Made by a program: the position numbers and the translations under genes | Notes under the pieces: model-generated | The model's input: the letters and a program-made list of their open reading frames with translations, nothing else | Database searches by the model: none | What the model was told of the DNA's origin: nothing | Part shown: in pieces, positions 58,189 through 64,000 of the stretch | How the letters are laid out: every line of letters starts with the position of its first letter | How positions within the stretch are numbered: the first letter of the stretch is position 1 | From: Tubiluchus corallicola | Lineage: Eukaryota > Animalia > Priapulida | Reading direction: 5' to 3' | Length of the DNA stretch: 64,000 nt | Assembly (NCBI GenBank): GCA_030141605.1 | Contig: JAQGDQ010000127.1 | Location: 1 to 64,000 of the forward strand

Positions 58189-61100
58189 ATGTCTTCAGAT
58201 CTGCAATGGATGATTTTGAGGCGTTCTTCTAGCTTTCTTGTTAGCAGTCCAAATGTTTATAAGGGTTTTACAAAGGTAAATTTCTAAATCTATTGCTGTT
58301 AGATTTTAGATCTTATAGATTTTACATCTAACATTCTGAAAAAAAATTTTGTTTGTAACTGGATTAATTTCTGAAATTCTGAGTGCCACAGTGAATGGAA
58401 GCTGGCTACATTTACAGAAATAGCAGGTGTAGTTTGGTACTCAGATGAGCTTAAGGTATTTTGTATGTTATTCCAAGTAGAATATTTATTCTAGGCTTTC
58501 TCGAAATTGCCCAAAAAAGCAAGCTTAGTGGTAAAATCGGCCGAAAGCCTGACAATACTCTAGGAATGGTGGTGTTCAAGATATGATGGAAACCTGACTG
58601 ACAATGCCACAGCACTGAAATTGTGGCCCTTTGTAATGTAAAATGTTATGTGCTGACATTGATTCAATTACTCTGTCAAAATTTTATCAATCCGTTTTAT
58701 TTATGTATGCACATACTGGATATTTAACAGTTAACAATAGCAGTAGGCTTTTTGCTTACATGCATTTAAAGAATAAGTATGTACATTACTGTACGTAAAT
58801 TAATTAGTTTGAAATTATGGGTTTGAATAGACAGCTATATCATCTACATGTAAGGCTACACATTTGCAACCTTTTGGGCAGTGCAACTTTTTTGGTTAAA
58901 TGTTTTTAAGACATGCGAGTGTATTTACAGTAATTTATATTATTCTGAAATGCTTAGATTTAAGAGCTGTCTAAGAAAATCAATGACTCTCTTCTTTACT
59001 AGTTAACTAAACTCCTTAGAGGTTTTGGTCCTACTGATTTATTGTGACTTTTTGTTCAAAGACCCTAAATGGTGCTTACAAATTCAAATTCTTGAAATAT
59101 GGAGCCATTTTTGTTTTGAACGCTGAGAAGAATTCAGAAATCGTAAACAATGTTATTAAGAAGATTTCTGTTGGTTGGATCTTGGTGTAAATCTTATCCT
59201 AATGGCAGAAAATTAGTGGCTTACAGTGAGTTCAGGTAATTTAAATTGAGTATCAAATAATTGATAATAGCTACATACAACTTCGTGAGATTTTAAATAC
59301 ATTTTGATATTTGTGGCCTTTTCTACTTTCAGGCATTTCAGTTCGCAAAAAACTATGTTTTCGAAACTAGGTCAGAATTATTAAGTCTATGTCGTTGTTA
59401 TTGCAATTTCTATTTCAGGAACCCAATAACTTGAAAGGCTTGAACTCTTTTCGTTATAATGGACTGATACATAAGAAAACCATTGGAATTGTGCCTGCTT
59501 CAGATGGAAAGGGGGTCGTGATGATAACCAAAAAGAAGTCGGGTAACTATTCTTTGTTTTTCTACAGATTATGATCATGTGCTGTCTGATAAGTACGATT
59601 AAGTGTGCTGCTGAACTGATTCAGAGTTTTGTACTATGGGTTTCACATGGGAGTCGTGATAGGACTGGGTATTGGTAAGAGTACACATACATTAACAAAA
59701 GATAAAGTACATCACCATATTGTAGTTCGTTTTAGGTTGCCCCATCTGTCTGTCTGTTGCCACTTTTTGTGAACTCTTGTGTAATCTAGGAACCTGATAC
59801 TTTGTGGTAGGACATAGTTAGACCTCGGGGTGCATTAATTTTGGGTCAATTGGCGCAGATTTAAATTTTTACATTTTTTTTTAAGATTCGCATATAACAA
59901 AATATAATACTCCACCACTCAGATGTATGCAATCACTAAACAAAAGTGCCAGCAGCTAAATGATTATGATTCATTAGCAGGCTATCAGATAACAACAATC
60001 AGTAACATATCTCAAGCCTGCACGGTATGATGGTCCCTCTGTTTTATCACAGACGTTTAATATAAGCTGCTTTAACGTAAATTTACAGTTTGTGTCAACA
60101 CAAAACATTTGAGATAAAAACAACCTTCGAGTATATCTGTGTCTGGATATAACTTCAAATACATCATAATTATAATAGTTTATTATGATTGTGGAGATTT
60201 AGCATAATTTCATGTGAAAACTGTAATCTGCATCAATGCAGAAAATACAGTTTTGCAGTAGTGTCCACATATATCAATCTCGTCGGGACAACTAGCCCTC
60301 TGCTGAGAACTTCAGTTTAGTTTGAAATATCTGGGGCATTTTGGTCTTTTTTACCTATTTTTGATTGATATGATCAATTATAATGAACATCTAATTGCTA
60401 ATTGCCCTACAGTTTGATAAGATTGTATCCTAACAATACTTAGGCCTATTATTTCACAGTACAAAACTGTAAATATGCAGCAAATTTCTTGCTTTGTGAA
60501 AAGCTATTTGTGCACTGCTGTGAACTACCTACTGTAGTTAGATTGGAAAAAATACGAAAACTGTTTATCTACTATTTTTACAAAATTATTTTAGTGTAAT
60601 GTGATATTATGTATTCACTTAGTCATTTGTCAGTAGTAGTTTTTCTTACTTGTGTTAAAATGTTCTAATTATATATTGGCTAGAAATCTTGAATTTAATT
60701 TGGAAGGTAAATTGGAGCAAAAGAAAATAAGTCTGGTTGTCCTCAATGTCTGTTAGTAAGCATTACCTGTTAACTTTAAAGCGTAATGACCATTTTGCTG
60801 TGACTTTTCTAAGTTCCTTAACTGCATGTGCACTTGCTTGCCTGTATATATACCCTGGCAGTTTAGTGGTTTCTTCAAAGCAAATATTATGAGTTCATTC
60901 AAAGTTGGGAAAATTATATTGTATGCATCCTTGCATTGTAAAGTGCAAATGTGAATAGTTGATCTGTCAATTACTTATCATACGTACAACTTCACACTAA
61001 TTAGATGCCATTCATTACTTTCTAAAGAACTTTAGTTTTTGCCGTGTCTTTATAGTTTTGTATTCTGTTTTGATTGGCAATGACTAATTTTTAGAGAAAA

Positions 61101-61727
61101 TTTGTTAATACATCTGTAGTTTTGTATTGCATTCTAATACCTATAACCTGTGCACAGTTTGTTTGTGAATACTGCTTTTTCTTTTTAAAAAACATTTTAC
61201 ATTAGGTAAATCAGAACTGATATCCTATATTAAACATCTTCTTGTAGGGTCAAATAAGCCAAGCAAATCCTTTAACAAAACTACATTAAAAAGAGATGGA
61301 CGAAGAACGTTGAAGGCAATTAAACAATTTGTAACTAAGAACAGATACAGAAAAGACTTGAAAATGGTAAGACCTAATAAATAATTTTTGCTTAGGTTCT
61401 CTGAAGCAAGCACAACTATTTTTCCTTTTATTATGTATGTACTCAGTTTACTAAAACTAAAGATGGAAAAGATCCCTGAATGTGAACTTGGTCATAATGT
61501 TGAGCAAAAGGACATTTAATTGTATCAGAAAACTCTGATGAAAAGGCAAAACTGAGGCAAAAGTGACAGTTTTCTTCATGTCATCGTAATCTTTTTGGCG
61601 TGGTTTTAAGATGAGTATTACCAATACACGTGAATTTTCTCTACAGGCAGCATTACGGCGGGCAAGTGCTATTTTGAAGAGCCAGCGACCAGTTCTGGCG
61701 AAGAGATTGCCTCGCAAGAAACAGTAA
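58189..61727 (+). CDS. RPL28: 60S ribosomal protein L28 (eL28), 136 aa
   Basis: Exons 58189-58275, 59419-59542, 61248-61366 and 61647-61727 (GT-AG, 411 nt): [18 protein letters not shown]..., [50 protein letters not shown] at 61758. Confidence 0.95.
59725..59890. mobile_element. Possible Helentron/DINE-like remnant in an RPL28 intron
   Basis: (CTGT)n tract followed by GAACCTGATACTTTG and ATTAATTTTGGGTCA, motifs common in such elements. Resemblance only. Confidence 0.3.
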
Positions 61728-62711
61728 ACACTAAGCTGTACATTATATAAATATTTCAATAAACAAGGAAGGCAAAAACTTTGGTTGTGTTTTGCTGTGA
61801 TGTGGCATGATGATGTAGTTTAAGAAATAAGGTGCAAAATGATTGTGTATAAAATACAAATATGTCTAAATAAAGCTAGAATTATCATTTGGAATTGCTT
61901 GAACTTGTCAGTAATGACTTAAGATCATAGTTATAATTCAGAATAAATAACTAATTAACCAATTCTGCTTGCAAAATAAATTTTTACCAAGAAACAAAAA
62001 GAAGTGAATTTAGACAACCTAAGCTTGTGATTAATCTATGGTACACCGAGTGTTATTTATTTGTAAGTGACAATTTCAGTGCCATAAGTACATATCAGAG
62101 CTACTCATGAGAATTTGCAGAAGCATCATAAAATCAATGAACAGTATTGTAGACTAAAACTACAGGCATATTTCTGTGAGCAATAAATAATGACAATATA
62201 AATTTAATTGAGGCCATTTTATTCGATGCATTGCCCAAACGTAATCTGTACTTTTAACATATTTTGGCATTGTGCCATTATAATGATCAATGTTATTTAC
62301 AATGATGGGTGTAACAAAGTGACATACTTTCATATAAAGTGAAGTTTAACTTAATAAAATAAGTCACTAAAATGACTGTCGTTGCTTATACATTAACAAA
62401 TTGTCTTTTATCTAAATATGAGAACTTGAAAATCCCAGTTATAGTAAATATGATTGCATATAACTTTGCTCAGGCTTAGAACCTTAGGCCATTATTGAGA
62501 TTTCACATTATTACAGAAAGTGCAAATTATCTTACTATTTCAACTAAGTAAAGTATAAAATTTATTTGGAATCGGAGCATGTTATATTTGCAGGATGACT
62601 GCAAACAGACAGGACATTTATGACTGTGTGAAGAAGTTCCTTCTCCACTGTTCTACCTGCATTATAAAACAATAGCTACAATAATCCATTTCCCTGAACT
62701 GCTCTTTTAAG

Positions 62712-63292
62712 CTAAAAACTCATAGGAAGGTCCTGTGGTGATTGACTTATTGAATAAGCATCTAAAAAGGTACTATGAGTTTTGAGATAAGCTTGCTGAC
62801 GTTTCTGTCTTATGAGTAAAGCTGCTAATATTCCAGCTATAAATACGATGAGTAGTATCACACTTGAACCAGCAGCTAACGAAACCTTAGATAGGCACAC
62901 ATCAGAATTTGTCAAAACGGTGGCCTTGTTCTGCAGTGGTGACTCCTTTTGCAATTCTGAAAGTAGAAGTTTGCATGTTAAATTTAACCACTTAAGTTGA
63001 GTATTGTCAGCAGAATTCAGCATATGAAGTACTTGTACATGTATGTGTTTAATATTCGATTTTTTTTAGTATAAGTACCTTGCTTAAGCTCTGCTTCCTC
63101 ACTTGGCACGAACACTCGTATGCTATTGAAGACTTGGTCACTTTTAACATCTTTGTCAGAGAAAGTCACTGTTAACTCTCTCTTCTTTCGCTTTCCAATA
63201 GGTAAACCTGGCGGTGTTTGAGATTGTGTGAATGGGTTAAATGTTTGTCCTGGATCATGTGTCACGGGACGGCGTCTTCCATCGCATACAGG
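62712..63292 (-). CDS. C-terminal two exons of a ZP-domain/cuticlin-like type I membrane protein (gene continues beyond the window)
   Basis: Exons 63292-63079 and 62956-62712 (GT-AG, phase 1). Last Cys (PVC), furin site KRKKRE, external-hydrophobic-patch-like VFNSIRVF, juxtamembrane VCLS, TM helix VILLIVFIAGILAALLI, basic stop-transfer RQKR. Confidence 0.72.
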
Positions 63293-64000
63293 CTAAAAGT
63301 TTAATATTGAATTTGGTTTATAATTCAGTTGATTAAGATTAAAATAACTCGAACATTACTATTTTGAAAATGATTATATCTTTCCTTGCTTGGGTTCTCA
63401 CCCATTTCCCATATTGAAAATGCACATTTTTGAATTTTTATGTGGTTGAGGAATGACCGAAAGAGCTTGGAGTGGGCAGTTAAAAGATTATAAAAAATTT
63501 TGGTAACAAAGTTTAAGAAGACAATATATGCCAACCTTATAAAGATAAAAACAAAAAATCGAGGTTTTTAGAGTTGTTTCTTTTTTGTTTTACTGTAATT
63601 ATTAAGGAAATAATTATTTGTAATTCATCTGTTGTGGTGAGTGGAGTTTTCTAGTGGAGTGAAACGTTTGTAGATAAATGTTGTCGTAATATTATTAAAG
63701 TGTTAGGCCAGTTAAACAAAATTCAATTACTTCAAAATTGTGTCAGGCTGCGGTAAGTGGAAGCATGTTTCTGGCTTTTTGCACATGAAGTTTTTGCTGC
63801 TAAATGACGAAATGTTATATTCATTGCATTACAACCAATGTATTTTACATACTTGTATTTTTACACTCTTACATACAGCACTTTAAAGGCTGATTAAATT
63901 TTTTTCCTAGCTGAAAATGCATTTGTAGTAAGTTAAATGTATCCTGCCGAATTAGAGAAGTACGTAATGTGTCAGTTTTTACCTCAAAACATTTATCCAC

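Noticed and set aside
58580-58660. Possible C/D-box snoRNA in an RPL28 intron; also an H/ACA-like stretch at ~60820-60990
   Set aside because: The C box is non-canonical, there is no terminal stem and I could not identify rRNA complementarity. An Infernal/snoscan search would be needed.

Overview
AT-rich eukaryotic (invertebrate animal, probably ecdysozoan; inferred) genomic DNA with spliceosomal introns. It is not prokaryotic, and no CRISPR array or rRNA gene is present. From left to right: (1) A very young Gmr1-type Ty3/Gypsy LTR retrotransposon (2-7251) with ~99% identical 1.07-kb LTRs, a tRNA-Leu PBS and a PPT. Its gag-protease-integrase ORF is intact, but the reverse-transcriptase core is deleted and the RNase H is frameshifted. 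(2) A zone of decayed LINEs and MITEs. (3) Two tandem, divergent paralogous genes (19016-21586 and 26289-31253), reconstructed here exon by exon. They encode secreted single-vWA-domain proteins with a complete MIDAS, a low-complexity N-terminal linker and an unusual Cys set that includes a CxTC around the MIDAS threonine. (4) A convergent pair of housekeeping genes with intron-free coding regions: kynurenine aminotransferase (+) and queuine tRNA-ribosyltransferase QTRT1/TGT (-). The QTRT1 start codon is tandemly duplicated, creating an overlapping uORF. (5) A Helitron-like insertion next to an 89-bp inverted duplication. (6) A four-coding-exon RPL28 gene. (7) The last two exons of a ZP-domain/cuticlin-like membrane protein running off the right edge. 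All gene models were read by eye; no database search was run.
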